From contig JAUNPV010000003.1 in NCBI GenBank assembly GCA_030536515.1, positions 78,282-142,281 on the forward strand: a stretch of 64,000 bases of DNA, given 5' to 3'. Positions 1-9,167 of the stretch are shown here, in pieces (within the stretch, counting starts at the first letter, position 1; every line of letters starts with the position of its first letter). A program made the position numbers and the translations under genes. The stretch is from Eubacteriales bacterium. GTDB taxonomy: Bacteria; Bacillota; Clostridia; Oscillospirales; Oscillospiraceae. Under the pieces are notes generated by a model. That model saw only the letters and a list, made by a program, of their open reading frames with translations, had not been told where the DNA came from and did not search any database.

Positions 1-105
1 CAAAAGCGGCCCCCTCGCCGGGGGCCGACGGAACGGATGAATCCGCTGCCTACGGGTGCGCCGGAATCGGTAAACAGAACAGCATTTGTTTTATGAGGAT
101 AACCA

Positions 106-705
106 ATGGACTTTTTGAAATTCTTCCGAAAAAAGCAGCCGGAGTTCCGGCCTGACCCTCAGGCGGCCACCTGGCTGAAAACCGCCCGGATGACCCGCCA
201 GCAGCGGCTGCGGCTGGGCAAATGGCTGCTGTACGCCGCCGCCATTCTGCTGGCCCTGGTGATTCAGGACGTGATTATGAGCAGGGTCCGCCTGTTTGGG
301 GCCACCACCGACCTGGCCGTCACGGTGATTCTGCTGATTGCCGTGCTGGAGGGCACGGAGGTGGGCAGCGTCTTTGTGCTCATCGCCTCCATTGTCTATT
401 ATTTCACCGGCACGGCCCCGGGGGCCTACTGCATTGGCCTTTTGACCTTCTTCGGCATCGGGGCGGCGCTGCTGCGGCAGATGTACCTCCACCGGAGCCG
501 GGGGGCCATCGTCCTGTGCGCCGGCCTTGCCCAGCTGGGCTATGAGCTGGGGCTGTACGGCCTGGGCATCTTCATGGGCCTGACCCGATGGGACCGGCTG
601 GGGGCCTTCGCCCTGACGGGGCTGCTGGGCCTGCTGGTGATGATACCCCTTTACCCCCTGATTGTGAAAATCGGCCTGATTGGAGGAAACACATGGAAAG
701 AATAA
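106..705 (+). CDS. mreD: Rod shape-determining membrane protein MreD
   Basis: 199-aa multi-TM protein (IQD..D.AVTVILLIA..EG pattern); stop overlaps the start of the PBP2 gene, as in mreD-mrdA. Confidence 0.75.
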   Translation: MDFLKFFRKKQPEFRPDPQAATWLKTARMTRQQRLRLGKWLLYAAAILLALVIQDVIMSRVRLFGATTDLAVTVILLIAVLEGTEVGSVFVLIASIVYYFTGTAPGAYCIGLLTFFGIGAALLRQMYLHRSRGAIVLCAGLAQLGYELGLYGLGIFMGLTRWDRLGAFALTGLLGLLVMIPLYPLIVKIGLIGGNTWKE

Positions 706-2855
706 GCCGCTTTCGGGCAATTTTGTTTTTTGTTCTCTTTGCCTTCGTGCTGATGCTGTTTGCCGGACGGCTGTTCGTCATGCAGATTATCGAAACCGAC
801 GGCAACAACGACAATACCCAGACCTACACCACCATCACCACCGTCCGTGCCGCCCGGGGCGACATTCTGGACCGCAATGGCAACGTCCTGGTGGGCAACC
901 GGGCCTCCTACGATTTGGTGTTCAACCACTACGTGGCCCGAAGCTACGGCGAGACCAACGAGGCGCTGTACCGCCTGATTCGCAAGTGCAACGAGCTGGG
1001 CATTGTCTATAACGACCACTTCCCCATCAGCAAAACCCGGCCCTTTGAGTACACCCTGGGGGAGTTCACCTCCTCCTGGCAGAGCCACTTCCAGAAGTTC
1101 ATGGTCAACCGGGAGCTGGACTCGGACATCACCGCCCCGCTGCTGCTGGACAAGCTCCGGGAGAGCTACAAAATCCCCGTCACCTGGTCCGAGGAGGATG
1201 CCCGGGCGGTGGTGGGCATCCGGTATGAGTTCGAGCTTCGGGGCATCACCAACCTGCCCACCTACACCTTCCTGGAGGACGTGTCCGACCAGGACCTGTC
1301 CACCCTGCTGGAGCTGAACATCCCCGGCCTGATGGTGGAATCCTCCACCGTCCGGGAGTACCACACCAAGTACGGCGCCCATATTCTGGGCTACTTAGGC
1401 GGCATGAGCGATGCCCAGTGGGCGGAGTTTAAGGAGCAGGGCTACTCCATGGATGCCATGGTGGGCCAGGCCGGCTTTGAGGAGGCCTTTGAGGACTACC
1501 TCCACGGCATCGACGGCCAGCGCGTGGACATTGTCTCCAAGGACGGCGCCATCATCAAGCAGTACTGGCGGGACAAGGTGGACGATACCGGCAAGAAAAT
1601 CGGCGTTTACTCCCCCATTGCCGGCAACAACGTGGAAACCACCATCGACATCACCCTCCAGGAGGTGACGGAGAAGGCCCTGGATGAGGTCCTGCGGAAC
1701 ATCCAGAGCACCGATGTCAACAAGGCCACCGGCGAAAAGCAGGGCCACGACGTTCAGGGCGGCGCAGCCGTGGTCATGGAGTGCAAAACCGGCAACATCC
1801 TGGCCTGCGCCTCCTGGCCCACCTACGACCTGGCCACCATGCGGGAGAACATGGTGGCCCTGTCCGAGGACCCTATGAAGCCCTTCTTCAACCGGGCCTT
1901 CGGCGCAGAGTACGCCCCCGGCTCTACCTACAAAATGTGCACCCTCATCGCCGCCATGGAAAACCGGAACAGTGCGGGAAATATCATCTTCTCCCCCGGC
2001 GAGGAAATCGTGGACACCGGTATCTTTGACAACGAGGACTACCCCGGCTTCCACCCCACCTGCCTGATTTGGACCTCCAACCCCGGCGTCACCCACGGCA
2101 CCCTGACGGCGGACAAGGCCCTGGCCTACTCCTGCAACGTCTTCTTCTACGAGCTGGGCGCACGGGTGAAATGGGAAATGCTGGACGAGACAGCCCAGAA
2201 GCTGGGCCTGGGCGAGCCCACCGGCATCGAGTTGGTGGAGAAAACCGGCCGGCGGAACAACCCCACCACCAAAAAGGAAGTCTATAAAACCGGCATCAAC
2301 GCCCAATTCTCCGGCGGCGACCGAATCTTAGGCGCCATCGGCCAGGCCGAGAACCGGTTCACCCCCCTGCAGCTGTGCGTTTACGCCTCCACCCTGGCCA
2401 ACAAGGGCACCCGGATGAAGGCCACCTTCTTAAGCCGGGTGGTGTCGTCAGACTACCGGAACCTCATTTTCGAAAACGCCCCCCAGATTGTCAGCCAGAT
2501 GGAGATGCAGTACACCACCATCGAGGCCTACTGGACGGGTATGCGGGAGGTCATCACCATCGTCGGCGGCACCGGCGCCAAGTTCTTCGGCGGCGCCCAG
2601 GACGTGATGAACGTCGACAGCAATAAATGGCCCATCGAGGACGGCGTCTGGCCCCTGAAGGACGAGGTCACCGTCTACGCCAAAACCGGCACCGCCCAGC
2701 ATTCCTCCGGCGGCTCCGACCACGGCGCTCTGCTCTGCTTCGCCCACCGCAAGGAGGAAACAGAGCCCGACATCGCCATCGCCGTCTTCGGCGAAAAAGC
2801 CGCCCACGGCAACTGGCTCACCCCCGTAGCCGAAAAAATCCTCATGGCCTACTAA
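693..2855 (+). CDS. mrdA: Class B penicillin-binding protein (PBP2/MrdA-like transpeptidase)
   Basis: N-terminal TM, RGDILDRNG dimerisation motif, SxxK (PGSTYK), SxN (SCN), KTG (AKTGT); start moved to ATG 693 after GGAGG. Confidence 0.9.
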   Translation: MERISRFRAILFFVLFAFVLMLFAGRLFVMQIIETDGNNDNTQTYTTITTVRAARGDILDRNGNVLVGNRASYDLVFNHYVARSYGETNEALYRLIRKCNELGIVYNDHFPISKTRPFEYTLGEFTSSWQSHFQKFMVNRELDSDITAPLLLDKLRESYKIPVTWSEEDARAVVGIRYEFELRGITNLPTYTFLEDVSDQDLSTLLELNIPGLMVESSTVREYHTKYGAHILGYLGGMSDAQWAEFKEQGYSMDAMVGQAGFEEAFEDYLHGIDGQRVDIVSKDGAIIKQYWRDKVDDTGKKIGVYSPIAGNNVETTIDITLQEVTEKALDEVLRNIQSTDVNKATGEKQGHDVQGGAAVVMECKTGNILACASWPTYDLATMRENMVALSEDPMKPFFNRAFGAEYAPGSTYKMCTLIAAMENRNSAGNIIFSPGEEIVDTGIFDNEDYPGFHPTCLIWTSNPGVTHGTLTADKALAYSCNVFFYELGARVKWEMLDETAQKLGLGEPTGIELVEKTGRRNNPTTKKEVYKTGINAQFSGGDRILGAIGQAENRFTPLQLCVYASTLANKGTRMKATFLSRVVSSDYRNLIFENAPQIVSQMEMQYTTIEAYWTGMREVITIVGGTGAKFFGGAQDVMNVDSNKWPIEDGVWPLKDEVTVYAKTGTAQHSSGGSDHGALLCFAHRKEETEPDIAIAVFGEKAAHGNWLTPVAEKILMAY

Positions 2856-2890
2856 TAATTGAACGCCGCCAGCGTGGTGACGGCTTTTGA

Positions 2891-2990
2891 GAAAAATATA
2901 GTATTTGCGAAAACCTGATAGGCTAAGCGAGTAGCTGATAGGGCGTTTGAGAACCAGATAGGATAAGCGAGAACCAAACCGGATAAGAAA
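2891..2990. repeat. Degenerate tandem repeat with 20-bp period (4-5 units, core GATAGG.TAAGCGAGAAC)
   Basis: Units 2911-2930, 2931-2950, 2951-2970, 2971-2990 align in register. Confidence 0.55.
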
Positions 2991-3018
2991 AATCGACCCC
3001 CACGGGGTCGATTTTTTT
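2989..3018 (+). terminator. Rho-independent terminator after mreD-PBP2
   Basis: AAAATCGACCCC-CAC-GGGGTCGATTTTTTT. Confidence 0.8.
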
Positions 3019-3025
3019 ACCCCCC

Positions 3026-3313
3026 CCCGTAGGGAACGGATTCATCCGTTCCGCAACCCACCCGCCCCGTAGGGAACGGATTCATCCGTTCCGCAACCCA
3101 CCAGCCCGTAGGGATCGGATTCATCCGTTCCAAAACCCACACCCCCCATGCGTAGGGACAGCCCTTGCGGCTGTCCGCGGAGCAAGGCCGTGCCCTACGG
3201 TTGCGGCCCCCTGGCGGGGGCCGACGGGAGGGTCAGTGACCCTCCCCTACATGGCTGGTCTGTAAGCGGCCCCCTGGCGGGGGCCGACGGGAGGGATAAT
3301 ATCCCTCCCCTAC
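3026..3313. repeat. Cluster of GTAG-tagged REP-like palindromes (BIME-like mosaic)
   Basis: Three tandem GTAGGGAACGGATTCATCCGTTCC units (3029, 3069, 3108), GTAGGGACAGCCCTTGCGGCTGTCC (3152), two inverted GGGAGGG..CCCTCCCCTAC units (about 3227, 3289). Confidence 0.85.
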
Positions 3314-3416
3314 GGTGGTGCGAACGGGTGGTTTCAAAAACCATCCGTTCTTTTTCTTGCTATCTCCCTGCAAATGGAGTATAATGGACCTATCCTGCGA
3401 AAGTGAGGGGCTTTTT

Positions 3417-4655
3417 ATGAAAAAAACCTTGAAAAACTACAGCTTTATCCTGTGTATGCTCCTGGGCATTGTGGGCGGCTGCGTTGTGGGCCTGGTCTGG
3501 CCGGACAGCGCCGGGGCCCTGGAGCCCCTGGGGACCATTTTCATCAACCTGATGTTCTGCCTGGTGGTGCCGATGGTGTTCAGTTCCATTGCCTCCGCCA
3601 TTGCCAATATGCCCAGCATGAAACGGGCGGGCCGGGTCATGGGCGTCACCGTGGCTACCTTCCTGGCCACCGCCGCCATTGCCTCCCTGGTGACGTATGT
3701 GGTGATTCGGGTGTTCCCCATCGTCACCGGCTCCTATGACGTGCCCGAGGCGGACCCCAGCGCCGTCATGGGTCTGGGGGATATGGTGGTCAGCTTCTTC
3801 ACCAAGCCGGACTTTGTGGAGCTGCTCAGCCGCCGGGCGGTGCTGCCCATGATTGTGTTTGCGGTAATTTTCGGCTTCGGCGTTCAGCTGTCCGGCGGGC
3901 CGGAGACCATGACCGCCAAGCTCCTGGCCGACGTGACCGCCTGCATTATGAACAGCGTGAAAATCGTCACCTACTATGCCCCCATCGGCTTTTTCGGCTT
4001 CTTCGCCTCCCTGGTTGCCACCCACGGCCGGGAGCTTATCGGCGACTACAGCCGGACCCTGATTCTCTACTACGTGCTGAGCTTTGTGTATATGTTCCTG
4101 TTCTTCCCCCTGTACGCCCGGTTCGGCGGCGGCAGGGGCGGCGCACGGGTGATGTTCAAGCACCTGTTTAAGCCCGCCGCCGTGTCCTTCGGCACCTGCT
4201 CCAGCGTGGCCACCATCCCCACCAACATGGAGGTTGCCCAGGAGACCGGCATCAGCAAGGATATCTCCAACATCGTCCTGCCCCTGGGGGCCACCATGCA
4301 TATGGACGGCTCCGCCATGGGCGCTATCATCAAGGTGGCCTTCCTGTTCGGAATGTTCGGCCAGGACTTCACCACCGGCCGGGCCCTGGCGGCCATTGCG
4401 GTGGCGGTGGTGTCCTCGGTGGCCATGTCCGGCATCCCCGGCGGCGGCGGCACCGGGGAGCTGGCCCTGTGCACCATCTTCTTCCCGGAGCACATGGCCG
4501 TGGCCTACCCCATGGCCCTGGCCCTGGGCAACCTCATCGACCCCCCCGCCACCATGGTCAACGCCGCCGGCGACTACGTAGTCAGCTTCATCGTGGAGCG
4601 CTTCGTAGACGGCAAGGACTGGCTGGAAAAGCAGCTGAAGAAGGAAAAAGTGTAA
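3417..4655 (+). CDS. Dicarboxylate/amino acid:cation symporter (DAACS family)
   Basis: Multi-TM; FGTCSSVATIP and GATMHMDGS motifs of the GltP/DctA family; start at ATG 3417. Confidence 0.88.
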   Translation: MKKTLKNYSFILCMLLGIVGGCVVGLVWPDSAGALEPLGTIFINLMFCLVVPMVFSSIASAIANMPSMKRAGRVMGVTVATFLATAAIASLVTYVVIRVFPIVTGSYDVPEADPSAVMGLGDMVVSFFTKPDFVELLSRRAVLPMIVFAVIFGFGVQLSGGPETMTAKLLADVTACIMNSVKIVTYYAPIGFFGFFASLVATHGRELIGDYSRTLILYYVLSFVYMFLFFPLYARFGGGRGGARVMFKHLFKPAAVSFGTCSSVATIPTNMEVAQETGISKDISNIVLPLGATMHMDGSAMGAIIKVAFLFGMFGQDFTTGRALAAIAVAVVSSVAMSGIPGGGGTGELALCTIFFPEHMAVAYPMALALGNLIDPPATMVNAAGDYVVSFIVERFVDGKDWLEKQLKKEKV

Positions 4656-4660
4656 ATTTG

Positions 4661-4693
4661 AACCGGCCGCTCCCAGAGAGCGGCCGGTTTTTT
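4661..4693 (+). terminator. Rho-independent terminator
   Basis: AACCGGCCGCTC-CCA-GAGAGCGGCCGGTT followed by a T run. Confidence 0.75.
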
Positions 4694-4715
4694 GTACAAT
4701 GTGGGTCTGCTGCCC

Positions 4716-4773
4716 AAAACCTTCCCCCGGGGGGAAGGTGCCCCAGTGTCGCAACACTGGGGCGGATGAGGAA
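4716..4773 (+). repeat. CCTTCCCCCGGGGGGAAGG-type double-hairpin repeat (family G, intact reference copy)
   Basis: AACCTTCCCCCGGGGGGAAGG + TGCCCCAGTGTCGCAACACTGGGGCGGATGAGG; related copies near 10120, 10267, 30344, 43269, 43535, 44786, 47580, 47736, 51808. Confidence 0.8.
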
Positions 4774-4959
4774 TGCGGGCAGTAACGTGATGTGCGGTAT
4801 AGGTACGTGCTTCCGCAAAGCTGTAAATATACCGTAGGGCGGCGTGCCCTCACGCCGCCGCTATGTTGGTCATCTGATGCGGCTGAATTTTACCCTTCAT
4901 GGCTCATAACTTCCCGGCGGCCTGAGGGCAGGCCGCCCTACGGGTGCAACAAAAAATTT

Positions 4960-5637
4960 TTAGCGGCGCAGTTTCCTTAGATATTCCTTCTGCTCCCCGG
5001 TAATCCGGTAGCTTTCCACTGCTTTTTGGATGGTTTTGTTATGGACCCAGGGTGCAAGGCGGTTCTGCTCCAAATAGGGAATGACAGCCTCCCACTGCTT
5101 GGCCAGGGCGGTGGCGAAGTACCAGGCGGCCATCATGTTTACATAATATTCTGAGCTTTCCACCGCCGCCACCCAATCGGGGTACGCCGGGGAAAAATCC
5201 CCGTCCAGGAAGTGGACCATCAGCATTTCCATGGCAAAGCGGACGGTGTAAGGCTCCCCGGCGGCGAGCCACCGCTGAATGTGGGGCAGCAACTCCTGCT
5301 TGTGCTTCCCAAAGCACTTGGGCCGCAGGGAATCGCAGGTGGCCCAGTTGTCAACGTAGGGCAGAAACCGCTCCACCTGGGCAAGGCAGGCTGAAAAATC
5401 CCGGAGTTCCCCAATCAGAAAGCCGTGGAGGTTGTTTTCCTCGTAGTATTCGTGGGGCAGGGCTTCCAGGAATGCCGCCGCCGGGGTCGTCCCCGCCAGT
5501 TCCTTCGCCATGCGCCGGAGGGAGGGAATTCGGACGCCGATGATGCGTTCCAAGTCGATGGTGGGCATCAGCCGGGCATGGAATTCCCGGTAGCCCGGGT
5601 CCCGGGCGGCAAACAGCAGGTTTTGAATTTCGGTCAT
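4960..5637 (-). CDS. alkD: DNA alkylation repair protein (AlkD-like)
   Basis: IIGVRIP, DNWATCD and YYVNMMAAWYFATAL motifs typical of AlkD HEAT-like repeats. Confidence 0.8.
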   Translation of the reverse strand: MTEIQNLLFAARDPGYREFHARLMPTIDLERIIGVRIPSLRRMAKELAGTTPAAAFLEALPHEYYEENNLHGFLIGELRDFSACLAQVERFLPYVDNWATCDSLRPKCFGKHKQELLPHIQRWLAAGEPYTVRFAMEMLMVHFLDGDFSPAYPDWVAAVESSEYYVNMMAAWYFATALAKQWEAVIPYLEQNRLAPWVHNKTIQKAVESYRITGEQKEYLRKLRR

Positions 5638-5692
5638 AATATAATCCCTTCACAAATCCGTAGGGCGGCCTGCCCCCAGGGGGGCATTATCG

Positions 5693-6820
5693 TCACAGGG
5701 TTTTCAAAAATGCTTCCATTCTGTCAAGTCCCTTCTCCAGCTCATCCATGGCGCAGCAGCAGGACAGGCGGATGTAGCCCTCGGCTCCAAAGCAGCTGCC
5801 GGGGACGGCGGCCACCCTGGCCTCTTGAATCATCCGGGTGCAGAACTCCGCCGAGGACAGGCCGAACCGCTCGATGCTGGGAAAGGCGTAAAAGGCTCCC
5901 TCGGGCCGGGGGAAATCAAGGCCCATGCCTTCCAGCCGGCGGCACAGATAGGCCCGGCGCTGGCGGTAGGCCTCCGCCATGGGGGTCGGGTCTTCCCGGA
6001 GGGCCGCCAGGGCGGCGTCCTGGATGAAGGTGGGCACGGCGGTGATGGTGGCGGCGCTGAGCAGCAGCAGCCGGTCCATGACATAGTCCGGGCAGGTGAG
6101 ATACCCCACCCGCCAGCCGGTCATGGCGTAGGGCTTGGAGAAGCTCTGGCAGAGAATCAGCCGGTCCGCCAGACCTTCATCCAGGGACAGGTCCGGGCAG
6201 TGGCCGTCGCACAGGGCGCTGTAGACGTTGTCCACCAGCAGGAAAATGGGCCGCCCGGCCACCGCCGCCTTGACGGCCGCCAGGCTGCTTTCGCTCAGCA
6301 CCACCCCGGTGGGGTTGTTGGGAGAATTCAGGATAATCGCCTTGGTTTTCGGGGTAATGGCGGCGTTCAGTGCCTCAAAGGTTATCTGAAAGCCGGTTTT
6401 CGTTAGGTCCAGAGGGACGGCCCGGCCTCCGGCGATGGTGGTGACGCTTTCGTAAAGACTGAAGCCGGGGGTGGGGATGATGACCTCCTCCCCGGGGTTC
6501 AGAATGCCCAGCAGCGCCGTGAACACCGCCTGACAGGCCCCCACGGTCACCAGCACCTGGCCCGGCTCTGTGTTGTGGCCCCGGGCGGTTTCGGCTTCCG
6601 CAATGGCCCGGCGGAGGGCCTCGTCGCCTTGGTTGGGGGCGTAGTGGGTCCGCCCGGCGGCCAGGGCCGCGGCGGCGGCATCCTTGACGGCCTGGGGGGT
6701 GTCAAAATCCGGCTCGCCGATGGTGAGCATGGCGCAGTCCGGGGTCTGCCTCGCCAGGTTGGTGTACACCCGGATGGCCGAGCGTTTTAAGGCTGTTAAG
6801 TTCTGATTTAACGGAATCAT
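5693..6820 (-). CDS. PLP-dependent class I/II aminotransferase, probably N-acetyl-L,L-diaminopimelate aminotransferase (DapX/PatA-like)
   Basis: GEPDF, NSPNNPTG, SFSKPYAMTGWRVG; co-oriented with an amidohydrolase, next to dapH. Confidence 0.8.
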   Translation of the reverse strand: MIPLNQNLTALKRSAIRVYTNLARQTPDCAMLTIGEPDFDTPQAVKDAAAAALAAGRTHYAPNQGDEALRRAIAEAETARGHNTEPGQVLVTVGACQAVFTALLGILNPGEEVIIPTPGFSLYESVTTIAGGRAVPLDLTKTGFQITFEALNAAITPKTKAIILNSPNNPTGVVLSESSLAAVKAAVAGRPIFLLVDNVYSALCDGHCPDLSLDEGLADRLILCQSFSKPYAMTGWRVGYLTCPDYVMDRLLLLSAATITAVPTFIQDAALAALREDPTPMAEAYRQRRAYLCRRLEGMGLDFPRPEGAFYAFPSIERFGLSSAEFCTRMIQEARVAAVPGSCFGAEGYIRLSCCCAMDELEKGLDRMEAFLKTL

Positions 6821-7905
6821 GGCAGCTTTTCCCCCAGTTCTTCAAAAAAATCTGCTCCCTTTTCCAGGACCCCCTCGTCAAAATCGAAGGTGTCCCCATG
6901 GAGCGCCGGGGTGTCCCCCACCCCCAGGAAGAAGAACATCCCGGGCAGATACCGCTGATACCAGGAAAAATCCTCGGCGGTCATGGCGGGCCTTTCCAAT
7001 TCCCGGAAGGCCATGACCTGCCGCACCCGGGCATAGAGTTCCGGGGGATTCATCACCGCCGGGTAGCCGCTGCTGAAGTGCAGGTCCATGGTGCAGCCGA
7101 ATTCCCGGCACACCCGGTCCCGGATGGACCGGAGGCCCTCCTGCAGACCCTCGAACACCTCGTCCTGGAAGGCCCGGAGGCTGCCCTCCAGATGGGCCTG
7201 GGCAGCCAGGGCGTTGCGGACGGTTCCGCTTTCGAACTTTCCGAATTTCAGCAGACGGAAGAATTTTTTCGGAAGCACCTGCTCCATGGTCATCGCTTCG
7301 GTGTAGAATTTCACCCCGGCGGCCAGGGCATCGATGCCCGCCTCCGCCCGGGCGATGTGGGCGGATTTCCCGAAAATATCCACGGTGACCTCGCAGGACC
7401 GGGCCATCAGCTCCCGGCACCGGCTGGCCATGACCCCGGCTTCCAGCCCCGGCCACAGGTGAAGGCCGAAAATGGCCCGGACGTTGTACTGCTCAAAAAC
7501 GCCGCTTTCGCAGATGTCCCTGGCCCCGCCGGTGGTCTCCTCGGCGCTCTGGAACACCAGCAGCACGTTGCGGGGGTAGGTTTTCTTTTCGCTGAGCCGC
7601 CGGGCCAGCTCCAAAAGGATGGCCATGTGGCCGTCGTGGCCGCAGGCGTGCATGGCCCCCGGGTGGAAAGATGCGTAGGCGGCCCCGGTCTGCTCGCAGA
7701 TGGGCAGGCCGTCGCAGTCCGCCCGGAAGGCCAGGGCCTCCGCCCGGCCAAAGTCAAACCAGGCGCACAGCCCCGTTTCCGCAGGGGAAAACACCCGGCA
7801 GTTCAGGGGTGCCAGGCTGCTTTTCAGATAGGCAAGGGTCTCGGGCAGGTCCCGGTCCAGCTCCGGGATTTGGTGAAGCGCCCGGCGGTCAGTTTTCAGC
7901 TGCAT
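6817..7905 (-). CDS. M20 amidohydrolase, probably N-acetyldiaminopimelate deacetylase (DapL/YkuR-like)
   Basis: FRADCD, MHACGHDGH, FQSAEE, AEDF motifs; start at ATG 7905 after GGAGG; divergent from dapH. Confidence 0.8.
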   Translation of the reverse strand: MQLKTDRRALHQIPELDRDLPETLAYLKSSLAPLNCRVFSPAETGLCAWFDFGRAEALAFRADCDGLPICEQTGAAYASFHPGAMHACGHDGHMAILLELARRLSEKKTYPRNVLLVFQSAEETTGGARDICESGVFEQYNVRAIFGLHLWPGLEAGVMASRCRELMARSCEVTVDIFGKSAHIARAEAGIDALAAGVKFYTEAMTMEQVLPKKFFRLLKFGKFESGTVRNALAAQAHLEGSLRAFQDEVFEGLQEGLRSIRDRVCREFGCTMDLHFSSGYPAVMNPPELYARVRQVMAFRELERPAMTAEDFSWYQRYLPGMFFFLGVGDTPALHGDTFDFDEGVLEKGADFFEELGEKLP

Positions 7906-8014
7906 CTTCTGCCCTCCTGATACAAATAATACTACATTATACGCTATTTCTGCCGGGCTGTCAATTTTCCGTCTTGAAATGGAGCGGAAAAAATGATACC
8001 ATAGCAGCAAACCG

Positions 8015-8101
8015 CAGGGCGGCCTGTGAATAATCGTATGATTGCCACCGGCAATCATTTTGATTTAGGATGTGCTGCGCACAGCACCACCTCAGGCCGC
8101 C
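8015..8101 (+). mobile_element. 62-bp cassette (8027-8088) inserted in the loop of a GGGCGGCCTG-ACCTCAGGCCGCC REP
   Basis: Removing 8027-8088 restores the REP seen intact at 41999-42024; related cassettes at 30498, 43287 and 49397. Confidence 0.7.
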
Positions 8102-8200
8102 GTCGGCGAAGCCGCATCATTTCGCCTGCCTCAATAGAGTGCAGATTTTGGCGGCCTGGGATCAGGCCGCCCTGCAATGTTGTAAAAAAAGGAGAAACCT

Positions 8201-8893
8201 ATGAACGCACAGGAAATCATTGAATACATCCGCACCTCGGAAAAAAAGACCCCGGTGAAGGTCTACGTCTGGGAAAAGACCCCGGTGGCCTTCCCCGGCT
8301 GCCGGGAGTTCCCCGCCGGACCGGGCTGCAAAATCGTCTTTGGCGACTGGGCCGACGTGGCCCCGGTGCTGGAGACGGGCGATTTTGACCACGTCGAAAT
8401 CGAAAACAGCTGCCGCAACTCCGCCATTCCCATGCTGGACATGAAAAACATCCCCGCCCGCATCGAGCCCGGCGCCATTATCCGGGAGCAGGTGGAGATT
8501 GGGAAAAACGCCGTGATTATGATGGGGGCCATTTTGAACATCGGCGCTGTGGTGGGCGAGGGCACCATGATTGACATGGGCGCCGTCCTGGGGGGCCGGG
8601 CCACCGTGGGCAAAAACTGCCACGTAGGCGCCGGAGCCGTGCTGGCCGGGGTCATCGAGCCTGCCTCCGCCACGCCGGTCATTGTGGAGGACGGGGTCCT
8701 CATCGGGGCCAACGCCGTGGTCATCGAGGGCTGCCGCATTGGCCGGGGGGCCGTGGTGGCCGCCGGAGCCGTGGTGGTGGAGGACGTTGCGCCGGACACC
8801 GTGGTAGCCGGCTGCCCCGCCCGGGTCATCAAGGTCAAGGACGAAAAAACCGCCGGAAAAACCGCCCTGGTGGATGCCCTGCGGGCATTATAA
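8201..8893 (+). CDS. dapH: 2,3,4,5-tetrahydropyridine-2,6-dicarboxylate N-acetyltransferase
   Basis: [21 protein letters not shown]-terminus, [20 protein letters not shown] and hexapeptide repeats. Confidence 0.92.
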   Translation: MNAQEIIEYIRTSEKKTPVKVYVWEKTPVAFPGCREFPAGPGCKIVFGDWADVAPVLETGDFDHVEIENSCRNSAIPMLDMKNIPARIEPGAIIREQVEIGKNAVIMMGAILNIGAVVGEGTMIDMGAVLGGRATVGKNCHVGAGAVLAGVIEPASATPVIVEDGVLIGANAVVIEGCRIGRGAVVAAGAVVVEDVAPDTVVAGCPARVIKVKDEKTAGKTALVDALRAL

Positions 8894-8939
8894 GAACCAA
8901 CCATAGGTGAGGGATATCCGTTCCGAAAACCCACCAGCC

Positions 8940-9079
8940 CCCGTAGGGAACGGATTTATCCGTTCCGCAACCCACACCCCCATGCGTAGGGACAGCCCTT
9001 GCGGCTGTCCGCGGGGCGGGGCCTTTTGGGCGGTCACAATGGGGCAAACTGCCCGGACAGCCGCAAGGGCTGTCCCTAC
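8940..9079. repeat. GTAG REP cluster downstream of dapH
   Basis: GTAGGGAACGG unit (8943), GTAGGGACAGCC unit (8986) and its inverted copy ending at 9079. Confidence 0.85.
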
Positions 9080-9167
9080 GCGGGAATGATGCTGCACATT
9101 TTTTGCCCTCCGGAATACCATGGAATGAGCGGTGAATCGCTCAAGAAATTAACTCGGAGGTAATTTT

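Noticed and set aside
3026-3145. Possible CRISPR array (three ~40-bp units with a palindrome)
   Set aside because: Intervening sequences are near-identical rather than unique spacers, no cas genes are present, and the unit is a REP dispersed across the window
3148-3384. Short ORFs sharing MRRDSPCGCPR (3148-3384, 8907-9089) and ERINPFPT peptides
   Set aside because: Translations of REP sequence, not a protein family
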